Shown: piece by piece, positions 7,933 through 16,332 of the stretch
Numbering within the stretch: position 1 is the stretch's first letter
How the letters are laid out: each line of letters starts with the position of its first letter
Source: a virus
Lineage: Duplodnaviria > Caudoviricetes
Length of the DNA stretch: 25,458 bases
Virus record (IMG/VR): IMGVR_UViG_3300037313_002006
Location: 1-25,458 of that record
Reading direction: 5' to 3' (one strand)
Position numbers and translations under genes: made by a program
The notes under the pieces: generated by a model
What the model saw: only the letters and a program-made list of their open reading frames with translations
What the model was told of the DNA's origin: nothing
Databases searched by the model: none

Positions 7933-8627
7933 CAGCATCCGTCGCCGAGGCGCGCATCCGCGCCAAGACCGAACGCCAGATGCGGATGTACTGGCCCACC
8001 GGGCGCATCGTGCACGAGCTGCAGTGCGGCCAGGGCGAGCATCGCCTGGACCTGGCCTGCATCACCGAGGACCGCCTCGTCCTCGCCGAGATCAAGTCGG
8101 AGCGCGACGTGCTGAAGCGGGCGGAGAAGCAGCTCGGCAAGGCGCTGACCGTCGCCTCCGAGGTCTGGCTCGTGGTCGCCGAGGAGCACGTGGAGCCGGT
8201 GAAGACGGCGGGCCGGCACTGGCGCCGGCATGCCCAGCTGTGGGACGACGCCGAGGCGCGCGACGAGGGCCGGTTCTTCTACGGCGTGAAGCTGTGGACC
8301 GAGCCGAGCAAGGAGCCGTCGGGCTATCTCGTCTCGACGTTCAACGGGCGCGAAGGCGCATCGGGCCAGTTCGAGACGACACCCTCGCCCCACGCCCTGT
8401 TCGACCTGCTGTGGGCCGAGGAGATGCGGGCCGCTATCGGCGCCTTCTTCGGCGGCGCCACGCTCCCCGGCGCCGAGAAGGGCCTCAGCCGATGGCAGAT
8501 GACCCGGATCGCGGTGGAGCACATGAGCGGCCGCGAAATCCGCCGGGCGGTCTGCCGCGGCCTGCGCGCGCGCCAGTTCGCGAGAGCCGACGCGCCGATC
8601 CCGTGGGAGGTGGCCGATGCGGCGTAA
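7929..8627 (+). CDS. PD-(D/E)xK nuclease-fold protein (MmcB/sce7726-like)
   Basis: HEL...RLDLACI....LVLAEIKSERD.LKR..KQ motif. Confidence 0.65.
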   Translation: MTASVAEARIRAKTERQMRMYWPTGRIVHELQCGQGEHRLDLACITEDRLVLAEIKSERDVLKRAEKQLGKALTVASEVWLVVAEEHVEPVKTAGRHWRRHAQLWDDAEARDEGRFFYGVKLWTEPSKEPSGYLVSTFNGREGASGQFETTPSPHALFDLLWAEEMRAAIGAFFGGATLPGAEKGLSRWQMTRIAVEHMSGREIRRAVCRGLRARQFARADAPIPWEVADAA

Positions 8628-9027
8628 CTTCGGCGGTGACCCGTGCTGCGTCCCGAACTGCTACCGGAGAGCCAAGAAAGAAGTGCCGTTCTGCGAGCGG
8701 TGCTGGTCTTGCCTCACCGACGAGGAGCGCGCCGGCGTCCAGATCGCCACGCACGCGCCGTTCTATCGGGGCGTCATCTACCTCGACGCATCGGATATCG
8801 AGACGCTGCTCCCGTACACCGGCGGCAGGCCGGCGGTCGTGCCGACTGGGCTGTGGAGCTTCGGGGATGAAGGCCGCGACCGCGCCGCGGCCCGATACGG
8901 CGAGGCGTGGCTCGGCGACGTCCTGAGCGAGTTCGAGGCGCGCACCACCCGCGAAGCCGTGGCTCAGGCCGTCGCCCAGCGCCGCCGGGCCGGCAACGAG
9001 ATCATCACCGATGGAGAGGCGGCGTAG
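8617..9027 (+). CDS. Hypothetical protein with N-terminal Cys cluster
   Basis: GGAGG upstream; CCVPNC...FCERCWSCL. Confidence 0.6.
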   Translation: MRRNFGGDPCCVPNCYRRAKKEVPFCERCWSCLTDEERAGVQIATHAPFYRGVIYLDASDIETLLPYTGGRPAVVPTGLWSFGDEGRDRAAARYGEAWLGDVLSEFEARTTREAVAQAVAQRRRAGNEIITDGEAA

Positions 9028-9028
9028 C

Positions 9029-10597
9029 ATGAGAGCCCTCGTCCCGGCCCTGGACCTGCGCCCGCCCCCCGAAAACGCCGAGGTCGGGCGCCTGCCGGCG
9101 AACGTCGAGGCGGAGCAGGCCCTGCTTGGCGTCCTCCTCTACGACAACGCCGCCTACGAGCGCCTCGGCGACTACCTGAGGCCGCAGCACTTCTACGAGC
9201 CGTTCCATCAGCGCCTGTTCGAGAAGATCGAGGCCACGCTGCGCAAGGGCCAGTTGGCCGATCCCATCCTGATGATGGAGGCCTTCCCCAACGACCCGGG
9301 CTTCGAGGGGCTGGGCGGGGTACGCTACCTCGCCGACCTGATCGACCGGGCCCCGCCCATCTCCAACGCGCCCGACTACGCGCGCGAAGTCTACGACCTG
9401 GCCATCCGTCGCAACCTGATCACCATCTCGGCCGACATCGCCCGCGGCGCCCGGCTGAACGAGGACGACCTGAGCGGCCGTGAGCAGGTCGAAGCGGCTG
9501 AGTCGGCGCTCTATGGCCTGGTCGAGACCGGCGCGACGAGCGAGGGCCTGACGCCCTTCGCCGAGGCCCTGCGCGAAGCCGTCGAGATGGCCGCCGAGGC
9601 CCATCAACGGGACGGAGGCCTCGCCGGGCTCTCCACCGGCCTCCTGGATCTCGACCACAAGATCGGCGGCATGCACCGGTCGGACCTGATGATCCTCGCC
9701 GCGCGCCCCTCAATGGGGAAGACGTCGCTCGCCTGCAACATCGCTTTCGATGTCGCCCGCAGCTACGCCTGGGAGCCGCAGCCCGACGGGTCGCACAAGA
9801 CCATCCGCGGCGGGCGGGTGGCGTTCTTCTCCCTGGAGATGTCGCGCGCACAGCTCGCCATGCGCCTCCTGGCCGAAGCGAGCGGCATCAGCAGCGACCG
9901 CCTGCGCAAGGGCGAGCTGCGGCCTGACGAGTTCGGCAGGGTGCGCGACGCGGCCCTCGAGATCGAAGAGGCGCCGCTCTACATCGACGCCACGGGGGGC
10001 CTGACCCTCGCCAAGCTCTGTGCCCGGGCCCGCCGGATGAAACGCCGCCACGGCCTCGACCTCGTCATTGTCGACTACCTGCAGCTCGTCACGCTCGGGC
10101 TGACCGCCTCGCGTCCGGAGAACCGCGTCCAGGAGGTCTCGGCGATCACCGTGGGCCTGAAGGCGCTGGCCAAGGAACTGAACGTCCCGGTCTTGGCGCT
10201 CTCCCAGCTCAGCCGGCAGGTCGAGAACCGCGAGGACAAGAAGCCCCAGCTGGCGGACCTGCGGGAGTCGGGCTCGATCGAGCAGGACGCGGACATGGTC
10301 ATGTTCCTGTACCGCGAGGCCTACTACCTCAGCCGGCTCGAGCCGCGCGAGGACACGGCGGAGCACGCCAACTGGCGCGACAAGATGGATACGTGCCGCG
10401 GCCTGGCGGACCTCATCATCGGCAAGCAGCGCCATGGCCCCATCGGCACCGTGAAGCTGTCATTCAACGAGGCGCTGACCAAGTTCGGCAACCTGGCGCG
10501 AGACGGCTTCGGCGACCGGGGCGCCCGCGCCGCGCCGCTCTTCGACCCGAGCCAGCCGCGCTACAGCGCCGCGGAGGTTGAGGATGCTGGCGCATGA
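9029..10597 (+). CDS. dnaB: Replicative DNA helicase DnaB
   Basis: PANVEAEQALLG, Walker A ARPSMGKT, FSLEMS, Walker B IVDYLQL, LSQLSRQVE.REDKKPQLADLRESGSIEQDAD, KQRHGPIG. Confidence 0.97.
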   Translation: MRALVPALDLRPPPENAEVGRLPANVEAEQALLGVLLYDNAAYERLGDYLRPQHFYEPFHQRLFEKIEATLRKGQLADPILMMEAFPNDPGFEGLGGVRYLADLIDRAPPISNAPDYAREVYDLAIRRNLITISADIARGARLNEDDLSGREQVEAAESALYGLVETGATSEGLTPFAEALREAVEMAAEAHQRDGGLAGLSTGLLDLDHKIGGMHRSDLMILAARPSMGKTSLACNIAFDVARSYAWEPQPDGSHKTIRGGRVAFFSLEMSRAQLAMRLLAEASGISSDRLRKGELRPDEFGRVRDAALEIEEAPLYIDATGGLTLAKLCARARRMKRRHGLDLVIVDYLQLVTLGLTASRPENRVQEVSAITVGLKALAKELNVPVLALSQLSRQVENREDKKPQLADLRESGSIEQDADMVMFLYREAYYLSRLEPREDTAEHANWRDKMDTCRGLADLIIGKQRHGPIGTVKLSFNEALTKFGNLARDGFGDRGARAAPLFDPSQPRYSAAEVEDAGA

Positions 10598-10613
10598 TCC
10601 GAGAGGCCGACCA

Positions 10614-11726
10614 GTGACTGCGCCGCTTACCCCGCCCGACTGCGACCTGACCGACTTCCAGCGGATGATGATCGACATCCCCCGGCTGCGCGGATCTGGA
10701 TTCGACGCGATCATGAACGACAGCGCCTGGCGCGCTGGCTTCAACCTGTGGCTCACCTCCTGGCACCAGGTCCCGGCAGCATCCCTGCCGGACAACGACG
10801 TCGAGCTGACCAAGGCGGCCGGCCTTGGCCGGGACATCCGGACGTGGCGCAAGGTGAAGGACGAGGCGCTGCGCGGCTGGACCCTTTGCGATGATGGCCG
10901 GCTCTACCATGAGACCGTCGCGGAGTTCGCGCTCGAGGCATGGTTGGAGAAGCTCGCCCAGCGCCTGTCGAGCGGCGCCGGCAACGCCAAGCGCTGGAAA
11001 GTCGAGTTCGATCCGCGCCCCATCGAGGCCGAGATCGATCGCACGGCCAGCCTCCTTACGGCGTTGAACCCGAAGTCGAAGGCGCTTGAGAAGCTGGAGC
11101 GGCGACGCGCGAAAAGCGCCTCCGACCCCGATGTCGGCGGGAATGCCGACGGGACAGAAAAGACATCCCGTCGGGACGCCCCAAATGTCCCGTCGGGATC
11201 GCAAGAGAAAGGGACAGGGAAAGGGAATCTAGAAGAACCCCCCATCCCCCCTGCCGGGGGGCAAGCGACCAGTGCGGCGTTCGAGAAGGCCTGGTCGCTG
11301 TGGCATGCCGACCGACCCGGAAACCGCGGCAAGGGGCCGGCCTGGGGCGAGTGGCCAGGGGCGGCGACCGACGCCGGCGGCGAGGACCGGCTGCTGGCCG
11401 TCGTCGGGGAGCACATGGCCCGGCTGGCGAAGGCGCCGCGGGAGACCGCCAAGGCATTCCACCGCTGGCTGCGCGACCGCGGCTTCGAGGCCTATCTGGC
11501 GACGGCTCCGGCCAAGACGGCGAGATGGCTCGGCCCGGCAGAGGTCTGGACGCTCGTCACCGCAGTGCGCAGCGAGGCCTACGCCCGCACCTGGCTCGCC
11601 GACTGCACCTGGACCGACATTCCCCGCGCCATCGTCGGCGGCCCGACCTGCATCGCCCGGCTGCGGGGCGACCTGGGCGCCGAGTTCGCCAACCGCGGAA
11701 TCCAGCTCTTGGAGCGCGCCGCATGA
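10614..11726 (+). CDS. DUF1376/YdaU-type phage replication initiator
   Basis: GTG at 10614 after GAGG (alternative ATG at 10584). PLTPPDCDLTDF, LWLTSWHQVPAASLPDND, GW..CDDGRLYH..VAE.ALEAW; low-complexity linker carries iterons. Confidence 0.8.
   Translation: MTAPLTPPDCDLTDFQRMMIDIPRLRGSGFDAIMNDSAWRAGFNLWLTSWHQVPAASLPDNDVELTKAAGLGRDIRTWRKVKDEALRGWTLCDDGRLYHETVAEFALEAWLEKLAQRLSSGAGNAKRWKVEFDPRPIEAEIDRTASLLTALNPKSKALEKLERRRAKSASDPDVGGNADGTEKTSRRDAPNVPSGSQEKGTGKGNLEEPPIPPAGGQATSAAFEKAWSLWHADRPGNRGKGPAWGEWPGAATDAGGEDRLLAVVGEHMARLAKAPRETAKAFHRWLRDRGFEAYLATAPAKTARWLGPAEVWTLVTAVRSEAYARTWLADCTWTDIPRAIVGGPTCIARLRGDLGAEFANRGIQLLERAA
11144..11237. other. Putative phage replication origin (iterons plus purine-rich tract) within the initiator gene
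   Basis: TCCCGTCGGGA at 11166 and 11188, and inverted near-copy TGCCGACGGGA at 11144, exactly 22 bp apart. Followed by GCAAGAGAAAGGGACAGGGAAAGGGAATCTAGAAGAA. Confidence 0.7.
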
Positions 11727-12931
11727 ACCTCGCCGCCCTCATCGAAAACCAGGTCTTCGCCGGCGTGGCGGGCGCCGCCATCGTCTCGGCCGCGCTCTTC
11801 CAGTTGCGCGCCGTGCCGCAGCACCTGCTGAACCTCGCCAAGTCGCAGTTCACCGCGACCCTGACGGTCTACTCGGAGCAGGAGGCGTTCCGGAAGATCG
11901 AGCTCTGGCTGGGCCAGCACCCATCGACCCAGTCGTCGCGGCGCCTTGCCCTGGTGGAGACGTGGGACCAGCTCGCCGCGGAGACGCAGCTGCAGTTGAC
12001 GGCCGGCGAAGGGCCGCACCTGCTGTGGGAAGCCGGCCGGCCCATCCTGGCGAACAAGTCGACGCCGGAGCCGGCCGGCGGCGGGAGCGGGTTCGGGCCG
12101 CGGCGCCAGACGATCACCCTGACCACGCTGGGCCGAGATCGCTCGCTGCTGGTGCGGATCCTGGCCGAGGCCAGGTCGGTCCAGGACCGCGACGTGGTGC
12201 CGGTGCATCTCTGGTCGGGCGGGGGCTATTCGCTGATCGAGCGCCGGCCGCGGCGGGCCCTCGAAACCGTGTACCTCGCCCCAGGCCTCCGCGAGCGCAT
12301 CGTCGCCGATGCTGAGCGCTTCGTGGCGCGGCGGGCCTGGTATGTCGAGCGGGGCATTCCGCACCGCCGCGGCTACCTGTTCGAGGGGCCGCCAGGCACG
12401 GGCAAGTCGACCATGGCCCTGGCCCTGGCCGGCGCGCTTCGCCGCCCGATCCACATCGTCAACCCGGCCACGGTCAGCGACGACAACGAGCTGCAGACCG
12501 CGATCAACCAGGCCGGTTCCGGCGTCGTGCTGATCGAGGACATCGACGCCGTGGACCGCAGCCAGAAGCGGGTGTCGACACCACTCGCCCGCTCCGTCTC
12601 GCCCGGCGCGGCTAGCGACACGGCCGACAAGACCCAGACCGGCATCACGACGTCCGGGCTGCTCAACGCCATTGACGGGGTCGCGGCGCGTGACGGCCGG
12701 ATCCTGATCATCACGTCCAACCACCCCGACCGGCTCGACCCGGCCCTGATCCGGCCCGGCCGTGTAGACCTGCGCTGCCACTTCGGCCCGGCCGGCGAGG
12801 GGGAGGTCGCCGCCATGTTCCGCCGGTTCTGGCCCGACGAAGACCCCGCCGGCTTCCTCGCCGAGGTGGGGCCCGAACTGCCGCTGACTCAGGCCGAGCT
12901 TCAGAATCGCCTCCTGGCCAGGGCGGCATGA
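11723..12931 (+). CDS. BCS1-family AAA+ ATPase (N-terminal TM helix, BCS1_N domain, AAA domain)
   Basis: ENQVFAGVAGAAIVSAALFQL; GEGPHLLW; TITLTTLGRDR..L..IL.EAR; RRALETVYL.PGL.ERIV.D..RF.....WY.ERGIPHRRGYLFEGPPGTGKS; VLIEDID; SGLLNAIDGV; TSNHPDRLDPALIRPGRVD. Confidence 0.88.
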   Translation: MNLAALIENQVFAGVAGAAIVSAALFQLRAVPQHLLNLAKSQFTATLTVYSEQEAFRKIELWLGQHPSTQSSRRLALVETWDQLAAETQLQLTAGEGPHLLWEAGRPILANKSTPEPAGGGSGFGPRRQTITLTTLGRDRSLLVRILAEARSVQDRDVVPVHLWSGGGYSLIERRPRRALETVYLAPGLRERIVADAERFVARRAWYVERGIPHRRGYLFEGPPGTGKSTMALALAGALRRPIHIVNPATVSDDNELQTAINQAGSGVVLIEDIDAVDRSQKRVSTPLARSVSPGAASDTADKTQTGITTSGLLNAIDGVAARDGRILIITSNHPDRLDPALIRPGRVDLRCHFGPAGEGEVAAMFRRFWPDEDPAGFLAEVGPELPLTQAELQNRLLARAA

Positions 12932-12955
12932 TCCAGACGTCCAGGGGGAGCCCCA

Positions 12956-13180
12956 GTGTCCAAGCGTAGATCCGCCCTCAGTCTCGCCCAGGCCGACGCC
13001 GCGGCGTGCCGCCAGCTGGTCGTCGCGCTTGCCGAGGCCGACGAGGCGATGCGCCACCACGACGGCGCGATGGCCGGCGCCGAGTGGGACGCCAAGGTCG
13101 AGGCGTTCCGCGCCGCCTACAACCGGCTGCTGAAGGCCGCCACCACCTATCGCAAGCCCATGGAGACGACCGGTGCCTGA
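12956..13180 (+). CDS. Hypothetical helical protein
   Basis: GTG start after AGGGGGAG, 74 aa, overlaps the next gene. Confidence 0.6.
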   Translation: MSKRRSALSLAQADAAACRQLVVALAEADEAMRHHDGAMAGAEWDAKVEAFRAAYNRLLKAATTYRKPMETTGA

Positions 13181-14396
13181 GACCCGCGTAAAACCCCGGG
13201 CCAAGGCCCAGCCACGCCAGCCCAAGCCGCCCGGCCTGGTCCTGCTGGGCGGCGCGCCCCTGGTCCTGCCGCAGGGCCGCGTCACGGCCGCCGCCTGGCC
13301 CGAGTTCGCCGCGGCGATCGCGCTCGAGCCCGAACCCGCCATCCTCCCGGCGTGGATCGAGCGGCTGGAGCGCCGCATGGGCGTGAAGGACCAGCACCGC
13401 GCCGCCATCGAGCGCCGCGCCTTCACCGCGGCCGAGGGCAGCGAGGCCAAGCGCCGGCGCCTGCTGGAGCAGTCGATCCGCGCGTCCCAGATCTCTGCGC
13501 CGCTGCGCGATCCGGCCTTCGTGGCGCGGATCGGCAAGGTGCAGGCCAAGTTGGCCGCGGCGCGCGCCGAGTTGGCCGATCCGCCGGGGCTGTCGGACAA
13601 GCAGCGGCGCAAGGCGGCGAAGGTGGCGCAGCAGCGCATCACCGACCTGACCGCCGAGCTGGCCAAGATCAGCCGGGAGGAGGCCGACCAGGACAAGCTC
13701 TACGGCGACGCCAAGGAGACGATCCTGCTCGCCGCCGAGCGGGGCGATGACGTGACGGCCTACCAGGCCCAGACCGCCGACTTCCTGCGGGACGCCTATG
13801 GAGCCCGCGTCATGGAGCGGGTGAAGCTGGGCGGCCAATGGGTCGACCGGCCCGTCATGGCCTACAGCTCCGGCCTGCGGGCCAGGAAGCTGACCGGCAT
13901 CGAGCACGCCAAGGACGCCGGGTACCTGGGGGCGTCGTGGCGAGACGCCGAGCGGCTGCACGCCATCGGGGTCGACTACCGCATGGCCTACGAGATCGTC
14001 GAAGGCGCGGCCAGCGGTGAGGGGGAGGGCGGCGGCTGCGCCGGGCCCAAGGCGCCGCAGCCACGCGTCCAGGAGGCGGGCGAGAAGCTCGCCGACTTCC
14101 GCCGCGAACTTAGTCCGCGCCAGCGCAGGGTGCTCGACCTGGTCTGCGGCGAGGACATGCGCCTGCGGGAATGCGCGCGCGCCATGGCGGCCCATGCCGA
14201 GACCACCCAGAAGGCGCTGTGCGACGGGCTGAACCGGGCCGCGGCGAGCCGCGCCGAAGCCATCGAAGAGCGCCGCGCCGCCGCTGATCCGCTGAATCGG
14301 CTGGCGGCCGCCGTCGTCAAGATCATGGGCGACGGGAAGAGAGCAACGCCCAGCGGCCGCGCAACATCGAGCATCTTCAATGGAGACCCACCATGA
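13173..14396 (+). CDS. Putative late-gene transcriptional regulator (DUF6456/Q-position, C-terminal sigma-region-4-like HTH)
   Basis: LSPRQRRVLDLVCGEDMRLRECARAM HTH and long coiled-coil N-terminus. Last gene of the early operon before the packaging genes. Confidence 0.6.
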   Translation: MPETRVKPRAKAQPRQPKPPGLVLLGGAPLVLPQGRVTAAAWPEFAAAIALEPEPAILPAWIERLERRMGVKDQHRAAIERRAFTAAEGSEAKRRRLLEQSIRASQISAPLRDPAFVARIGKVQAKLAAARAELADPPGLSDKQRRKAAKVAQQRITDLTAELAKISREEADQDKLYGDAKETILLAAERGDDVTAYQAQTADFLRDAYGARVMERVKLGGQWVDRPVMAYSSGLRARKLTGIEHAKDAGYLGASWRDAERLHAIGVDYRMAYEIVEGAASGEGEGGGCAGPKAPQPRVQEAGEKLADFRRELSPRQRRVLDLVCGEDMRLRECARAMAAHAETTQKALCDGLNRAAASRAEAIEERRAAADPLNRLAAAVVKIMGDGKRATPSGRATSSIFNGDPP

Positions 14397-14460
14397 CACT
14401 GGAGTGTTTCGCCATCCTCAAGCAGGCGAGTTGGCGCGCCACAAGTGTGGAGGGCAACCG

Positions 14461-14985
14461 ATGAGCAGAACCATCGATCAGGTTCCAAATGGCAGTATCG
14501 CCAGGATCGAAGGGCAAATGTATTTGAGCACGTCGGGTGTGGCGACCTACTTTGGTTGGAGCATCGACGAAGTCTACGCACGGCGAAAGCTTGGCCTGGG
14601 GCCAACCCCAATCAAGATCGGACACGGGAATTGGTATCCCTACCAGGAGACGGAGGACTGGCGCGGTCAGTGGTTTGAGGGGGGCGTGGCCGAGTGCCCG
14701 CAAGCTGATGCAGGAGAAGCATCTCGGGCGACAGCGGCACCAGTCGTGCTACCGCCCAGATCGGAAGCGGCGCTTCGGCTGGAGGGGGAGCTTCGCCAAG
14801 CAATCATCACAGACGGTGCTAAGCATCGAGAGTTTCTCTTCCTGTGCATGGAGAAGGTGGTTCTCCTAGAGTTGGACGCGGCGCGCGCCAACGCGGTGAC
14901 CGGCCTGTCGGCCGAGGTTCACAAGAGCATGAAGCAGTCGACGGATATGCTTCGCGACTTGGGCCTGCTGGCCGATGGCGCGTAA
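14461..14985 (+). CDS. AlpA/excisionase-like HTH protein with C-terminal helical extension
   Basis: GGAGG upstream of ATG 14461; YLSTSGVATYFGWSIDEVYARRKLGLGPTPIKIG...WY....EDW. Confidence 0.62.
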   Translation: MSRTIDQVPNGSIARIEGQMYLSTSGVATYFGWSIDEVYARRKLGLGPTPIKIGHGNWYPYQETEDWRGQWFEGGVAECPQADAGEASRATAAPVVLPPRSEAALRLEGELRQAIITDGAKHREFLFLCMEKVVLLELDAARANAVTGLSAEVHKSMKQSTDMLRDLGLLADGA

Positions 14986-15619
14986 TTATCGGAAGCGAGC
15001 ATATGAGCTGGGCCTCCCAAGTCCCGTGGCTATGCGAGCCGCGGACAGTCGATGGCCGCACCTGGCCGGGCGCAGGAACCACTCCTACGCCGACTACTAC
15101 AGGGACGTCGCAAAGCGATGGCTCCGATGCTGGCTGGGACCCACCACGATCATTGATCCCGTCGGCGATCTGATGATCCCTCCCACCTTCAGCATAGCGC
15201 GCAAGCGTCTGTTGCTGAGGGGCGGGGGCGGAGAGATTGGGTTTGCGGCCGGGCCTGCCGAAAGCGTGGTGGCGATGGCATTCTATGATCGGGATCTCGG
15301 GCTCGGACTGGCGCACTATCACGCGTCCACGCATCGAGCGCTCGAGAAAGGAGAGCGCGATTTCGATCAAGCTTGGCGGCTTGAATCGTACGGAGGCGTG
15401 CTGCCGATGGGCATCTGGGCGCGCGGGCATCTTTTTGTCTACAACCCGCTGGGGCTGAGCGCCGGAGCGCTTCACGCCCTGCGCCAACTCGCGCGCGAAG
15501 TCAGGGATGGCGCGGAAATAGCCGCTCACATTGGTTCCGAGATGGCGCCGACGCGGCCACTGCCGCCGTTCGTATCCCTGGCGACCGGCCGCGCTGAAGT
15601 CGCCTTTCGGCCCGTGTAA
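14975..15619 (+). CDS. Hypothetical protein (accessory, atypical codon usage)
   Basis: 214-aa ORF overlapping the upstream stop; no recognisable motif. Confidence 0.5.
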   Translation: MARNYRKRAYELGLPSPVAMRAADSRWPHLAGRRNHSYADYYRDVAKRWLRCWLGPTTIIDPVGDLMIPPTFSIARKRLLLRGGGGEIGFAAGPAESVVAMAFYDRDLGLGLAHYHASTHRALEKGERDFDQAWRLESYGGVLPMGIWARGHLFVYNPLGLSAGALHALRQLAREVRDGAEIAAHIGSEMAPTRPLPPFVSLATGRAEVAFRPV

Positions 15620-15769
15620 GGGCGGGGCCGTCGGTTGCTCATACGAGATGAAGCCAGGCGAGACGCCGCGTCACACCCTGATGCGGATGCAGCGGGAGCG
15701 CCGGTTCAGGTGACCGCCACGACCTGGCCGGCCGCGATCTTCAACACGGCGAAAGAGGAATGATCTTAC

Positions 15770-16012
15770 CTAAGCCTTCGTCGCCGGCACGCCGCCCGGA
15801 GGCAGCGCCCCGGCCAGCATCATCGTCACCGCAACCGCGATCGGCCCCGGCACGCCGCCGGTGCGGTGCTTCTCGTAGTGGCGGATGCTTTCACCCGGAT
15901 CGCTCGGGCTTAGCTGCAGGGCCCGACCCAACTCGGAGGCGTGGATGGGTCGCGGGAGACCCCATAGCTGGCCGAGCTTGACCCGGGCCTTGCGAAGCTC
16001 GTCACCCGTCAT
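15770..16012 (-). CDS. Small XRE/Cro-like HTH protein
   Basis: MTGDELRKARVKLG...SELGRALQLS......IRHYEK....VPGPIAVAV; the only convincing minus-strand gene. Confidence 0.72.
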   Translation of the reverse strand: MTGDELRKARVKLGQLWGLPRPIHASELGRALQLSPSDPGESIRHYEKHRTGGVPGPIAVAVTMMLAGALPPGGVPATKA

Positions 16013-16198
16013 CACAACATCTCGCGTTGATTGGCGCTGACAGCACCATATACGCTGAGAAAATTCAGGGATTACCCGCCACCCTCGCGCGTGCGCGCGG
16101 AAAGCCCCTTTTCGACCTGACGGTTTTTGCGCATCAAACGTGCAGATGCGATTCGTGCGCCTGAGGCGAACGAAGCGGCCAAGGCCACCCAAACAGCC

Positions 16199-16226
16199 CT
16201 GACGCCGCGTGTCGTGACGCCACAAT
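16199..16226 (+). promoter_or_regulatory. Candidate sigma70 promoter CTGACG-N16-CACAAT
   Basis: The -10-like hexamer ends 7 nt before ATG 16234, which lacks a Shine-Dalgarno. Consistent with a leaderless transcript. Confidence 0.35.
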
Positions 16227-16233
16227 CGGCGAC

Positions 16234-16332
16234 ATGAGCAAACGCACCTTCCTGAATGAATTCGCGATCGCCATCCTCGGTTTCGCGTTCGATCTGCTCC
16301 TGCTGTGGATCGCGCACCGGATAGGTTGGTGA
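16234..16332 (+). CDS. 32-aa single-TM hydrophobic peptide (not in ORF track)
   Basis: MSKRTFLNEFAIAILGFAFDLLLLWIAHRIGW: basic N-terminus plus a hydrophobic helix. Confidence 0.5.
   Translation: MSKRTFLNEFAIAILGFAFDLLLLWIAHRIGW

Noticed and set aside
6024-8627. Methyltransferase plus PD-(D/E)xK gene as a type II restriction-modification system
   Set aside because: The genes are not adjacent, both types are common solo genes in phage early operons, and nothing links their specificities.
12928-12969. ATG overlapping the BCS1 stop
   Set aside because: Opens only a 13-codon frame; the GTG at 12956 has a better RBS and a 74-aa ORF.
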